63,496 nucleotides of DNA, filler included, from Octopus bimaculoides (GCF_001194135.2; 8 parts of 6 records of this genome joined end to end with filler, not necessarily neighbours in it), one strand, 5' to 3'. Positions 24,857 through 39,510 are shown, numbered from the whole stretch's first letter. Notes: generated by a model from the sequence alone, not told the origin. A program made the numbers and translations.

Positions 24857-25162
24857 ATAAGCAACAAGGATATCCAGAGGTAATGCAGTACGATCGTTTC
24901 ACGCAACTCCATTTAATTGAACAATGCAATCATTAGATCAATTTAAATGCAGAGCAATCTTCAGCTGCACAAAGACATAGAATTTAATTAAATTAAAAAA
25001 AGATGGAGACATTAGTATAATTTTACCTAAATTAAATTTTATGTCTTTGTGCAGCTGAAGATTGCTCTGCATTTAAATTGATGTAATGATTGCATTGTTT
25101 AATTAAACGGAGTTGCGTGAAGCGATCGTACTGCATTACCTCAGGATATCCTTGTTGCTTAT
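24857..25162. mobile_element. Foldback MITE with 133-bp TIRs
   Basis: Arms 24857-24989 and 25030-25162 are reverse complements with about 6 mismatches; 40-bp spacer; ends compatible with a TA duplication. Confidence 0.8.
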
Positions 25163-25302
25163 CTTAATTTTAATCACCATATTTTCAAGTTGTATGGATA
25201 ATACCGTACTAAATTCTGGTGCCTCAACCGAAGTACCATATTCATCTGAATCTAAATTTTGGCTGAACTCATCTACCATACCCAAACGATATATATATAT
25301 AT

Positions 25303-25410
25303 TATAAGGTTTTCAACTTTTAAATTTTCATATTCAAAAGAGACAGAGACTTCAAACTCGATATATCGATTTATTCACCACTCTATGTTAACATTTCTGT
25401 GCCAAACTTA
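25303..25410. repeat. Dispersed repeat, inverted copy at about 54060-54175
   Basis: cttcaaactcgatatatc...gatttattcaccactctatgttaacatttctgtgcca matches the RC of 54060-54175. Confidence 0.7.
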
Positions 25411-25813
25411 TCCAGTGACTGGTCCATTGGATTTAGACATTTGGCACTTCTTCAGGAATGGTTACCATCGGAACAAAACACGAAAAAACACATACATAAC
25501 GATCATTAAATTATTAAAATCCCGTTACAGTTCATCTTTCTGTTATTATANNNNNNNNNNNNNNNNNNNNNNNNNNNNNNNNNNNNNNNNNNNNTTAATT
25601 AATTAANNNNNNNNNNNNNNNNNNNNNNNNNNNNNNNNNNNNNNNNNNNNACATGCAGCAGAAACAAGTGTCGGTCATTTTAACTAACTAATTATGCCGT
25701 ATAATTAACTGTTAATATAAAAGAAAAATGAGATTACCAGTCTCCGTATTTTTTGTTAAAGTATCGGCTCCATATTTACATACCTATATGTGGATGTGGA
25801 TGTGCATGCGTCC

Positions 25814-25870
<57 letters not shown>

Positions 25871-27522
25871 ACTGTATTCTGTACATTAATATATTATTAG
25901 AAGTGGCACTGCTGTGAGAAGAGTGCTGAATTGACCAGCTAAACATTAAACGGTATCTAGTTGCGTCCATTTGCATTTAATATTATCGAATGCAAAATGA
26001 TGATTTATTATAAGTAAATTCAAAATGATGGAGCCTCTCTATAATAAGGGAAAACCAACAGTGCATAGCAACCAACATCTCTATATTTAGATGCATCCTA
26101 CCTCTAAAATCATGCATTTCACTCTTTATACATTGGTCCTAGAACCAAAGCAAAAAATGTTGCGGGATTAGTCATGTTTGCAAAGCTTTCGGAAGGTAAC
26201 CAAAGGCAAATTCAACTTTAATATTTCGTTTGTTCACTTCTGTTTCACATTTTGAATAGCTTTCGACTTCAGTAGCATTTTGGGGTCTCCCGTTAGAGTG
26301 ACTTACATGACTTCAGATAAAACCTCTCCATTCTGGGGAACGGAGTCTACTTGTGGTCAGTCTCACCCAACCCTTTACACTACCCGTTATCGACTAGGAG
26401 AGGAAAGCAAATATAATAAAGGCCAGTATTTAATAGTTATTTTATTTTTTAAACCTGGAAAGATGAAAAAAAATCACAGTTAACGTACGGAAGATGTCAT
26501 ACCGCAAAGGTAAGAAACATAAAGCACAATTTTCTAGCCTACACTGTAACCCCGCAGCCATTTTGCCCACGTATATATAAAATACTATTGTTTCATAAAT
26601 GTCTACACGATAGGATTTGAAATTTCATCTCTTTGATTACTAAATCAATTGTGGAAACAATGAACTAGATTTAAATAATGATATATACTTCTAATTGCTA
26701 GCAAGAATAATTTACTCGATTAAGAACAGAGGAATAAATCAATAGAGTGGCTTTTGTATTGGAGATTTCTACTGTCTATATTCTATGATGTCCTTATCAT
26801 TAATATTGTATTCCTCGCTCGCTATCATATTCGACTTCTCTTTTCATACCATCATGTCTCATCATTATATATATANNNNNNNNNNNNNNNNNNNNNNNNN
26901 NNNNNNNNNNNNNNNNNNNNNNNNNNNNNNNNNNNNNNNNNNNNNNNNNNNNNNNNNNNNNNNNNNNNNNNNNNNNNNNNNNNNNNNNNNNNNNNNNNNN
27001 NNNNNNNNNNNNNNNNNNNNNNNNNNNNNNNNNNNNNNNNNNNNNNNNNNNNNNNNNNNNNNNNNNNNNNNNNNNNNNNNNNNNNNNNNNNNNNNNNNNN
27101 NNNNNNNNNNNNNNNNNNNNNNNNNNNNNNNNNNNNNNNNNNNNNNNNNNNNNNNNNNNNNNNNNNNNNNNNNNNNNNNNNNNNNNNNNNNNNNNNNNNN
27201 NNNNNNNNNNNNNNNNNNNNNNNNNNNNNNNNNNNNNNNNNNNNNNNNNNNNNNNNNNNNNNNNNNNNNNNNNNNNNNNNNNNNNNNNNNNNNNNNNNNN
27301 NNNNNNNNNNNNNNNNNNNNNNNNNNNNNNNNNNNNNNNNNNNNNNNNNNNNNNNNNNNNNNNNNNNNNNNNNNNNNNNNNNNNNNNNNNNNNNNNNNNN
27401 NNNNNNNNNNNNNNNNNNNNNNNNNNNNNNNNNNNNNNNNNNNNNNNNNNNNNNNNNNNNNNNNNNNNNNNNNNNNNNNNNNNNNNNNNNNNNNNNNNNN
27501 NNNNNNNNNNNNNNNNNNNNNN

Positions 27523-27554
<32 letters not shown>

Positions 27555-28311
27555 TGTGTGTGTGTATGTGTGTATGTATGTATACTGTTAGACGTAGATA
27601 TAGTTCTAAATATAGAGACATAAGTTCCGTAAATTCTTCTCCGTTAGTTCCATGGTGAGTATTAAACTATTCGCCCTGCTGAACTGGCTGCGTGATTCTC
27701 AGGCATGTAAGTCAGAGATCTTACGAATGCGCGTCTATGTTATCTCTCGCACACCCAAGTTACTGTGCAACGAGGACATCTTCAAAATGAAAACTAACGT
27801 TCCAAACATTCGTGCTTACATCGTTTATGTGTTTATGCATTTATATGTCCATTAATGTATCTATCGCTACGTTTATCTGTGTGTATATACAAGTATAAAT
27901 GCATAAATACGTCCGCACTTCTAACCCTTACAGCATAATCTGTGAAGGTAACAAGACCACCCCACTTTAAAAAAAAAACAAATACACAATCCTAATTAAC
28001 TACAACTTATACAACAGAAAATGACAACCGTCAGAAATGTTAACGAGCAAATGGAAGTAATTTTCACATAAATGTCGTAATTCAGTCGTCAGCTGCCGAT
28101 CAACTATCAACAAGATCTTGGGCGCGTTAATGCAGAATGATTACTTCCGATGGTGTCAAAGCAGAGTTGCAACTATAACGATGTTACGTTTTGGAAGATA
28201 TACAATTAAAATGCTTGCAGCGCTCTATATATTACAAGCGAATAAATCTTAAGCATCAAAATATGAATTGATAAGTGCTATTAAATTAAATCGATTATTA
28301 TTATTATTATT

Positions 28312-28366
<55 letters not shown>

Positions 28367-29928
28367 TAATAAACTTTCTGCAACCAACATAAATTGTAAA
28401 TACTAGCCTGTATGGCAGAAATTTATACCTACAAAGAGGTACTAATTATTGCATAAAATTTCGTACATATTCATATAAAGAAATATACTTCTAAATGGAG
28501 GATACACACACATACACACACACACACACACACANNNNNNNNNNNNNNNNNNNNNNNNNNNNNNNNNNNNNNNNNNNNNNNNNNNNNNNNNNNNNNNNNN
28601 NNNNNNNNNNNNNNNNNNNNNNNNNNNNNNNNNNNNNNNNNNNNNNNNNNNNNNNNNNNNNNNNNNNNNNNNNNNNNNNNNNNNNNNNNNNNNNNNNNNN
28701 NNNNNNNNNNNNNNNNNNNNNNNNNNNNNNNNNNNNNNNNNNNNNNNNNNNNNNNNNNNNNNNNNNNNNNNNNNNNNNNNNNNNNNNNNNNNNNNNNNNN
28801 NNNNNNNNNNNNNNNNNNNNNNNNNNNNNNNNNNNNNNNNNNNNNNNNNNNNNNNNNNNNNNNNNNNNNNNNNNNNNNNNNNNNNNNNNNNNNNNNNNNN
28901 NNNNNNNNNNNNNNNNNNNNNNNNNNNNNNNNNNNNNNNNNNNNNNNNNNNNNNNNNNNNNNNNNNNNNNNNNNNNNNNNNNNNNNNNNNNNNNNNNNNN
29001 NNNNNNNNNNNNNNNNNNNNNNNNNNNNNNNNNNNNNNNNNNNNNNNNNNNNNNNNNNNNNNNNNNNNNNNNNNNNNNNNNNNNNNNNNNNNNNNNNNNN
29101 NNNNNNNNNNNNNNNNNNNNNNNNNNNNNNNNNNNNNNNNNNNNNNNNNNNNNNNNNNNNNNNNNNNNNNNNNNNNNNNNNNNNNNNNNNNNNNNNNNNN
29201 NNNNNATATATATATATATATATATATATATACCAGGTTCGAGGCTGTACCAGAAGTGAATTGTTGAAGATGCAGCTCAGTAGCACCGATTTGGTGATTT
29301 GGATAGTACAAGGTTGCAAAGCGTGCTTATTAACCACAGAGCTATGGTTTTATGTATGTCTTGGTATATACAAATATTGCGTCAGCATTACTTTGAAGAA
29401 GGACAAGCTATTTTCGCATCAATTATCTTATACGCTTAACACAAAACGTCACGTTACGCAACCGCCACATCAGAGCCGATCGCACCGCAACTCAACCACG
29501 GCCACAAGCGTAATACGCGTCATTTCGCGCGTCTTCACCCTCCTTCTTACTTGAATAGGGTTAATAATAATATACTCATTTGAAAATACGGATTCTTTCA
29601 TTCTATATAAATGTTCACCATGCTGAAATTCTGACCATTTAATTAACAGCTTCGCTATTTAAGAGTAAAGTAGGTGCTGTATTGTACGACTATTGTCAGA
29701 TGTATTGTTTCTACACACAAGAGGAGATATCTGTTCTGCCAGTTGATTTGTTACGAAGACAAGTATTTATCGTTGATCTCTTAATAAAGTTGATGTAGCT
29801 TAAAATAGCCGAATACTTCGACGTAGCAAATACAGTGATGCCATGAAGATAGGAAGCCACTCAAACAATGTTTATTGTCACAAATTAAAGTACGCATATA
29901 TGTGTGTATACTTGTGTGTGCGTGTATA

Positions 29929-29961
<33 letters not shown>

Positions 29962-30854
29962 AAATTAAAGTAGGTAGGAATTTACATTGATTAGTTGCCA
30001 CACATTTCCGTCGTATCTGTCTGTATGCTGTATGAAGAATGAAAATACACGTGATATTCTATGAAAGTATAGATGGATAGGTAGATAAATAGATAGATAT
30101 ATAGTTAGATATATAGATATATAGATAGATAGATAGATACATACATACATACATACATACAGTCATAGACAGATAGTTTTGTATTGATATATACATATAC
30201 GTTTTCTTATATATATATATATATATATATANNNNNNNNNNNNNNNNNNNNNNNNNNNNNNNNNNNNNNNNNNNNNNNNNNNNNNNNNNNNNNNNNNNNN
30301 NNNNNNNNNNNNNNNNNNNNNNNNNNNNNNNNNNNNNNNNNNNNNNNNNNNNNNNNNNNNNNNNNNNNNNNNNNNNNNNNNNNNNNNNNNNNNNNNNNNN
30401 NNNNNNNNNNNNNNNNNNNNNNNNNNNNNNNNNNNNNNNNNNNNNNNNNNNNNNNNNNNNNNNNNNNNNNNNNNNNNNNNNNNNNNNNNNNNNNNNNNNN
30501 NNNNNNNNNNNNNNNNNNNNNNNNNNNNNNNNNNNNNNNNNNNNNNNNNNNNNNNNNNNNNNNNNNNNNNNNNATATATATTAGTATATTAATATACGTA
30601 TTTGTATGTATGTACGGATATAAACGTGAGTATGTATAGACTTCTTGAGGTGGTATAGAGATTTTATGTATGGAAACAGCAAAAAGTTAGGATTTAGATA
30701 GAAAGTATTTATTTACCGATTTCATACATTTTAACCGATTCATCTTCAACGTGAATAATCTGTATGTTTATATATGTATAGAAATATATGTGTATGCATA
30801 CGTATACACACACATGTACACACACACACACACTCACACACACGCATATATGTA

Positions 30855-31359
30855 TGGTTTCGCGTGTCTCTAAATAATATTGCCATTGGTCCTCAGAGTA
30901 GACAGGGATTCTCCGGGGCAAAGTCGGCATCTCCTGGAAATGATATTGTATTGTTTCGCTTGTCTTACTATGTACCAAGTTATGTTGTACTTAATTTTAT
31001 CCTCCTTCAGTCGCCATACAAAATCAGTCAAAGATGTTGAATGTCTCTTATTGATTTTCTTAAAACTGGCGCCACGTTTGCGATAACGATTCTTAAATAA
31101 ATCAGCCGTCTGCCCTGTGTAAACATACAGCCCTCCAACTGTGTGCATGGTACATTTATATATAAGACTTGTACTCATACAGGAGCTCATCAATGGGCAT
31201 TTTGACTTTTCTCTGCATGAGCTTTTATCATATATATTTGCATACACGGCAGTTCTGAGTCCATTTTCATGCGTTCTTATTGCGTTAGCTATACTATAAG
31301 CATTTCTACAATTTGGCCGTAATTTATGATTTTCATTGCGGTTTACATCTCCATTGTTG

Positions 31360-31360
<1 letters not shown>
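30855..31360 (-). pseudogene. Penelope-like element GIY-YIG endonuclease fragment (largely open frame)
   Basis: SSCREKSKCPLMSSCMSTSLIYKCTM...VYTGQTADLFKNRY...HSTSLTDFVWRLKEDKIKYNITWYIVRQAKQYNIISRRCRLCPGE. Confidence 0.9.
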
Positions 31361-31395
<35 letters not shown>

Positions 31396-31848
31396 GTTTG
31401 GCCAAAAGTCACCTGACAGTAAATCGAAATTCAATAAATACTAGATACTCAATTTAAATTATTCATTCTAATTATGAGTGTCCAATAATTGAATGCTGTG
31501 AGTTAAAATCACCGATTTTGTTTTTCAAGATATGCCTATTTATTAGCGAAATCTCAGATAAAATAATTGAAATTAAATGGGTTTTGATTTACTGACAGGA
31601 TATATATACACTGCATATATATCCACACGCACACACCAGCAAATTCACTATCAGCAAAAAAATTGCTTTCCTTGCTAAATATACAAACGTTACTAATTAT
31701 ACGAAGTACCCTCATATATCGATCTCTCAATATCAGTATGTCTGTCTCTAAATATATGTACGCAGCGAGGTAGATGCATACATATAAACAACCATTGCTA
31801 CTTATGTATATTGGACATATATGTGTGTCTCAGCTTCTATCTATCTCT

Positions 31849-31902
<54 letters not shown>

Positions 31903-32360
31903 AGATATATGTGTGCATGGGTATCTGTGCTTGTGTCAATGTGCATATGACTATACAAATATATATGTGTATTCTAGGCTACACTACTTAGCTATATGTT
32001 CTATAATATTCCAAGAACGAACAGTTATTGTGCATATTAACAGATAAAACTCAATCTGAGAGCATTTAAAGTCATATCCCTGAGCGTTAATTTGACAGCC
32101 GCTTTTAATGGAAACCTTCAGTGTTGTGATATTATGTTCCATGTGAGGACAACTAGATAAAGCCAACTTAGAAGTGTACACATATCAATCAGCTCACACA
32201 AGCAGGTATATAATCGCACGCGAACACAGACGAATACACATTCATTTGTGATTAAAATATGGAGGCGCATTTAGACACAGACATAACAAATGCGAAGACG
32301 AAGACGTAAATATATATATATATATATCCATAAAGAGAAACATACACGCTATACACACAC

Positions 32361-32406
<46 letters not shown>

Positions 32407-32550
32407 TTAAATATACGCATTGACAGTGAGTATTGACAGTGGCTTTGAAGATATCTCTCCCATATATATATACTATGAGAGCTAGATGGAGAGAGAGCGT
32501 TGATGCACACATACACACACACATATATATTTAAATAAACACAAATGTAT

Positions 32551-32602
<52 letters not shown>

Positions 32603-33583
32603 GTAGATAGACAGATTTGGAAGATCCTCTTGTTTATGTATGTGATCTATCCTACGTGAACTGTGAATCACTGAAAATTACGATGTCAAGAAAGGTATCA
32701 TTGAGTTAGCTCGCAGTGTGTGCAGGCAGAAATCATAAAAGAAATATATAATGATAACATCCATAAAAGAAAGGGAGTGTTACGACAAAGAAAAACTGTG
32801 TTACTAGAGACATATTGAACAGTAACCAATGAGAACCGTGTCGGGAAGCTTGAAGAAAATATGCTGGAAATATGTTTCCGTTTTATTTCTTGGCAAATCA
32901 TTCTGAAAACATGTTGCAAAAGAATATAACACTGGACCGTTGTTTTGAATATATTACGCGGAACCTCTCTTTCTTAGACGGAAAAAAAATGCTCTTTTCT
33001 CAAACGAGTATTGATATGCTGTGAGTCAATAAATGGCAGTAATGTTTTGTGTTTACACGGAGTATTTTGTACATATTTGCATGTGTGTTCCGAAATACTT
33101 AATTTTCATTAATTAAATAATTGAATATTGATGGGAAACAACGGTGAAAACAGAAGAACTGGATAGCATAAATTTTAAATTGATGAATATGAAGTGAAAA
33201 TTTGGCGGAAATGGAACGGGTATTTATGAAAAAATATAGGTTTTCACACAATATTACATCAATCATGGCTAATGAAAATGAATATTATGGCAAGTATAAT
33301 AAATGTGTCGTCGTAATATGGCAGCGGTAACGAGCAGAAATAAATGGAAGAATCATCGTCATATCAATTGTTGACAAAAGATGAAAGTTCCAAAGAATAT
33401 TGATTTTTCGTACAAACACAAGACTATGTTTGTGATGATGGCAACACTTAAAATATATTCCACTAGTTGATTATTTCCTCAGAAAAAGGCAATTCCGAAT
33501 TCCTTGAAATTCACACTTGTTTCCTAAAGTACTCAACGCAATAGGTGACAGTGTGTTAGATAAAGTTGTTAATTGATTATAGA

Positions 33584-34360
33584 GGTGCAGGCGTGGCTGT
33601 GTGGTAAGAAGCTTGCTTTCCAACCACATGCTTCTGGGTTCAGACTCACTGCGTGGCAACTTGGGCAAATTTCTTCTTATATAGTCACGCGCCCACCAAA
33701 GCCTTCTGAGTGGATTTGGTAGACGGGAACTGAAAGGAGCCCATCGTATACATTTATGTGTGGGTGGTGAGTGTGTGTGTATGTCCTTGTTGGCCCACCA
33801 CCGCTTGACAACCAATGTTGTGTTTACGTCTCTGCAACATAGCACTTCGGCAAACGCGACCGATAGAATAAGTACTAGGCTTTAAGGCAATAAGTCCAGG
33901 GGTCGATCAATTTGACTAAACTCCTTCAAGGCGATGCCCCAGTATGGCCGCAATCAAATGACTGAAACAATTGTAGCACCGCTGGAAAATCGGTGTTGGT
34001 GTGTTTACCTTCTGATGATCTTGCGGTTCGGAAAGGAGACCGATAGAATAAGTACCGGGCTTTAAAAAATATACGGACTACGGTCGATTCAGTCGACTCA
34101 AAATCGTTCAAGGCGGGCGATACTCCAGCATGGCCACAGTCTAATGACTGAAAAAAAATAAGCGATAGTAAATTGAAAGTCATTGTTTTCTACTCTAGGA
34201 ACAAGGCTTGAAATTTTGGGGGAAGGGCCCAGTCTATTAGATCGTCCCCAGTATGAAGGTAAAGTCGGCCTCGGCGGAATTTGAACTCATAACGTAAATA
34301 CAGAAGAAATACTGCTAAGCATTTCGCCCGGCGTTCTAGCGATTCTGTTAGCTCGCTGCT
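33584..34360. mobile_element. SINE cluster: family B (+, 33584-33970), family B tail (+, about 33985-34155), family A (-, about 34190-34360)
   Basis: Direct similarity to other copies in the window. Confidence 0.85.
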
Positions 34361-37300
34361 TTAGAGAGAAAGACATTCTACAATCATTATGTAGCATACA
34401 TATTTAATTTTTATCTACTCTATATAGCGAATAATATGTTGTAACGTATCTTTCCGCCAGTCAAAATATGGGCTGTTTGCATTTCTAGTGATTCGCTTTG
34501 AAAAATGTGTCAGTGACTTATTGCAAAACAAATATCTCAATAGACACGCATAAACACATAAAGAAACAAAGAAACACACACACACACACACACATACACG
34601 TGCATAGTGTCTATGGACAGAATATTTAAACATTTTCTGCATGTTTCCTACGATGTTCCAAATTTTCGTTTCGAAGAAGTAAACACATGAAGTATATTTT
34701 AAGCCATCGTATTTTAGGGATAAGAATTATAAACCATTTAGTAATAAAACTACTTCTAATGATAGCTTTATGTATTGGTGTAAAGTCAACCAGTTTACGG
34801 AGAAGAGATATATCAATGACATCGGTCTCAGTTCTTGGTAGCACATATTTTATCGAGACCCGAATGGGTGAAGGGTGGAATATGAACCCGAACAAATAAG
34901 TGACAAAAATCCTTTCATCCGACATGCTAACGATTCTGCCTTCTCACCACCATATTACTTCAAAAAATAAGAATTACTATCATAGAAATTTTTGGTGCTT
35001 AACCGAAACCACCACTCTCAGATCTTGACCAACACTGTAGTTTACTGACCCCCAACATAATGAAGCCAAAGCTGAACCCGGCAGGGATGGAACTCAGAAG
35101 GTAAAGATTCATAATAAATACCACACATTTGTCCGTCTCTCTAACGATTGTGCCATTTTTCTTTTGTCATATATTAGTAGAGATAATCATAAACATCTTC
35201 GAATATTAATTCACAGGTGCACGTGATTCTGCTCAGGATGTCTACTTCTCCTCCAAAGAATTAAGTCTGAGACATATGAATTGTAACCAAAGCAATCACA
35301 TTGTGAAAAATGTCGCAATAGCTATCCAGATGGACGCCGGATTCATTGTAGGCATTTTCAAATAATTCTTAAGTTGATAGTGAATAGATTGCCGCGAAGT
35401 CATGAAAATTTTCACACTACAAGACATAAATATGAAATAATTTCAATACATTTTTATGCATAATATACTTATACAAACATAGCTAATTGCATATTGTCTG
35501 TTCGACTGTCAACCTATATCTGTTTTTCTCCACCCTTTTCTTACTCACTCTCCCCCCTCTCTCTCTCTCTCTTGTTATATATTCATAAAAATATATTGAT
35601 ATATATGCGTGTGTGTGCGCGCGCTTTGGCATACTGTTGTTCGTGACACTCTCTACATTTCATGATATACGTATTAACGATATATTTATTCATGACATCA
35701 AATACATTCATCTTGAAAAGAGACGAATAACTAATATATCGGCTTCTCTATTTCTATTCTNNNNNNNNNNNNNNNNNNNNNNNNNNNNNNNNNNNNNNNN
35801 NNNNNNNNNNNNNNNNNNNNNNNNNNNNNNNNNNNNNNNNNNNNNNNNNNNNNNNNNNNNNNNNNNNNNNNNNNNNNNNNNNNNNNNNNNNNNNNNNNNN
35901 NNNNNNNNNNNNNNNNNNNNNNNNNNNNNNNNNNNNNNNNNNNNNNNNNNNNNNNNNNNNNNNNNNNNNNNNNNNNNNNNNNNNNNNNNNNNNNNNNNNN
36001 NNNNNNNNNNNNNNNNNNNNNNNNNNNNNNNNNNNNNNNNNNNNNNNNNNNNNNNNNNNNNNNNNNNNNNNNNNNNNNNNNNNNNNNNNNNNNNNNNNNN
36101 NNNNNNNNNNNNNNNNNNNNNNNNNNNNNNNNNNNNNNNNNNNNNNNNNNNNNNNNNNNNNNNNNNNNNNNNNNNNNNNNNNNNNNNNNNNNNNNNNNNN
36201 NNNNNNNNNNNNNNNNNNNNNNNNNNNNNNNNNNNNNNNNNNNNNNNNNNNNNNNNNNNNNNNNNNNNNNNNNNNNNNNNNNNNNNNNNNNNNNNNNNNN
36301 NNNNNNNNNNNNNNNNNNNNNNNNNNNNNNNNNNNNNNNNNNNNNNNNNNNNNNNNNNNNNNNNNNNNNNNNNNNNNTATATATATTTATATATATATAT
36401 GTATATATATATATATACACTCACATTACGCGTTTATAATGTAAGTGTGCGTAAACACACTCACACACACACATATATACGTATGAATATACATATGTAT
36501 GTATGTTTGTATGAATGTGTAAGTGTCATAATGGCACCGCCTGTACGGGTGTGCGAATTTTCATATGGCCGACATAGTTCGTCAAGTAAAATGGACAATA
36601 TATATCTCAATAACCCTGTTGAAACGCAATAGGATTGTTCGATGAAGAAACAATCTATATGACCACACCATTCCAGTAAACACTAGTTCGTTCCCACATA
36701 AATATTTCCGAAGAACATAGAATATTCCTATTTAGATTAATATTGGAGAAGCTCGACATCAAACGCATTATGGTGTGCCGATGTCTTTTAATATCGCCTA
36801 ATTCTAAATTTTGCTAACAATAATGCCGAGCCTTATACAAATGGATGCAATATATTTTGTTGATTCGATTTTGTGATCAATGGGTGTTTTCGCAGCCCCC
36901 CACCCTCACCCTCAGCACTATTCTAGACCTTCGTTTTCCCCTTCTCTCTATTTCTATTCTCTGTCGACTTCCTATGTATCTTTGCATCAATCTCATTCGT
37001 TCTGTTTGGCTCTCTGCGGGTCTCTCTTTTGCTTTCTCTGTCTGATACACACAAACACATACATACATTTGTATCNNNNNNNNNNNNNNNNNNNNNNNNN
37101 NNNNNNNNNNNNNNNNNNNNNNNNNNNNNNNNNNNNNNNNNNNNNNNNNNNNNNNNNNNNNNNNNNNNNNNNNNNNNNNNNNNNNNNNNNNNNNNNNNNN
37201 NNNNNNNNNNNNNNNNNNNNNNNNNNNNNNNNNNNNNNNNNNNNNNNNNNNNNNNNNNNNNNNNNNNNNNNNNNNNNNNNNNNNNNNNNNNNNNNNNNNN

Positions 37301-37416
37301 NNNNNNNNNNNNNNNNNNNNNNNNNNNNNNNNNNNNNNNNNNNNNNNNNNNNNNNNNNNNNNNNNNNNNNNNNNNNNNNNNNNNNNNNTATATATATACA
37401 CATGTACGTACATATG

Positions 37417-37462
<46 letters not shown>

Positions 37463-38182
37463 GGTTCGTACATATATATATATATATATACTCTCTCACA
37501 CCCACCCGTCGGTTTGAATCTATATGCATATCTGTATCAATGGTCCTGTGCGTATGTGTGTTTCCTATAAAGAATCTCCTGCGGTATCTCAATAGTTTGT
37601 AATTTACTATTCGTGATGTGATCTGTAATATACCAATATATAAAGCGATTCTTCTGATGAAATTCACCTTTGCTTGTTGTTACTTCCTAATCATGTTAAA
37701 CGTTACCAACAAAACATTGGCTCTCTAATAGTTTGTTGTTTGACGAAATGGAAATATTTCTTCCATGTCTCAAATTGCTTCAGAGCTACATTGCATTTTA
37801 TGTCACACACACTCACATATATTTCATTAGAGTGTCTGATGGGAAGATCTACCCAGCCACGCCTGCTGCATAAAAGCTGAATTGTAAAGTGAACAGAAAT
37901 ATTTCTTTGCTTAATGGATATGCCTTTTCTAACACTGGATTAAAGTTTTAATTACTTAATTTTAAATTAAATACGCAATCGTATAATTAATTTCCTATAT
38001 ATTTTACCTCCCTCATCCTTCAGTTATTGGAATGCAGCCAAGCTGGAGCACCGCCTAGGGGAGATTACTCAAACAAATTGACCCCAGTTTATAAGTGTGT
38101 CAATAATTCTATTGGTTTCTTTACAGAACTTCTATGTTATTGCGACGTAACACGCACACACACGCACACACATATCTATAAA

Positions 38183-38233
<51 letters not shown>

Positions 38234-38234
38234 C

Positions 38235-38390
38235 GATCAGGCAGAATCGTGAGAATCTCTGACAAAGTGCCTAGCGGCATTTCGTCTGTCTTATCGTTCT
38301 GTGTTCAAATTTCGGCGGCGTCGACTTTATCCTCGACTGCGGTTGATGTTATCGACTTACACACACCTAGAAAATTCATTACTTTGTGCT
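38235..38390 (+). mobile_element. Family A SINE, diverged
   Basis: ggcagaatcgtgag...gcatttcgtctgtc...gttcaaatttcggcggcgtcgacttt. Confidence 0.75.
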
Positions 38391-39169
38391 AACCCTTTAG
38401 TGTCTTAACCACACATCCATATCTGAATCAGACTCCGTTGATTTTTACCGTTAGCGAACGCCAGATTACCATTAGCCCTGCGTTACGATTGAAAGTTTTT
38501 TTCATGTAGCATAATGACAATTCCAAACACGACCATACCGACATCATTTCAGTTGTAATTTACTACGCTGTCCCATATACGCTATGTGAAACCAATTGGA
38601 TACGATTTAAAGGCTCTCTCTTACCGATCTGAACGATTATTTCACGTCTTACACGTGTCATGTGGCAGTTTGTGTCTATTTTTCTTCACTTTTTTTCAGC
38701 CAGACTGTATTTAACATCATAATATCAGATACGTACTTTCCCTTATCAAAATATTTAAGTCTAATTTCAGAAAAGGATTTAGGCAACTATAAATACATTA
38801 GACACGCACTCTATTTAAAATGTAAAACGCATACAAAGATTATTTCCTGTTATTTAACATCATATTGCTTTGATTGAAAACAATTGAGAAGAATTATTCA
38901 ATAAAATGGTATAGTTTGGGCTAATATTAATCTAAATTAGGATCTGATAAAGTTTTCATTCGGTATTTCAGGTTGCTGACTCGAAACTATAATTTAGATA
39001 ACGCTAGGAGGTTTTCCATAAATACTCACACATCAAACGTCTAAGTGAATATAAAAGAACGTCTATCATTTCCTAGTTAGTCGACGCTTGATTATCCAGA
39101 GTGAGAAACGGAAAGTGACGCTTCGCATTGACTAAGCATTCAGTGAATATGTGTGTGTGTACATAACTA

Positions 39170-39247
39170 ATATAGAAAGACAGATAGATAGTTAGATAGA
39201 TAGATAAACCGATAGATAGATATGATAGATAGATATATAGATAGATC

Positions 39248-39287
<40 letters not shown>

Positions 39288-39510
39288 TACAGACAGATAT
39301 ATATATATATAGATAGATAGATAGATAGAAAGAAAGAAAGATAGACAGACGGACACACAGACAGACAGAGAGACTGACAGGCAGACAGATAGACAGACAC
39401 TTAGATAGATAGATAGATAAATAGATAGATAGATAGATAGGTAGATAGATAGATAGATAGATAGATAAGTAGATAGACAGATAGATAGATATATAGATAG
39501 ATATAGACAT
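39170..39510. repeat. (GATA)n/(GACA)n compound microsatellite
   Basis: Directly visible. Confidence 0.95.

Noticed and set aside
27648-27654. 7-nt plus-strand AG|TTCCATG|GTGAGT micro-exon (and a 14-nt candidate near 27935)
   Set aside because: Not multiples of 3 and at the chance level for this AT-rich DNA.
28294-28365. (ATT)n(AAT)n self-complementary hairpin; similar (CATA)/(TATG) inversion at 63370-63496
   Set aside because: Common outcome of microsatellite slippage or inversion; no further structure.
35217-35370. Plus-strand open frame ARDSAQDVYFSSKELS...IFK* after a cag
   Set aside because: No homology recognised and a weak pyrimidine tract.
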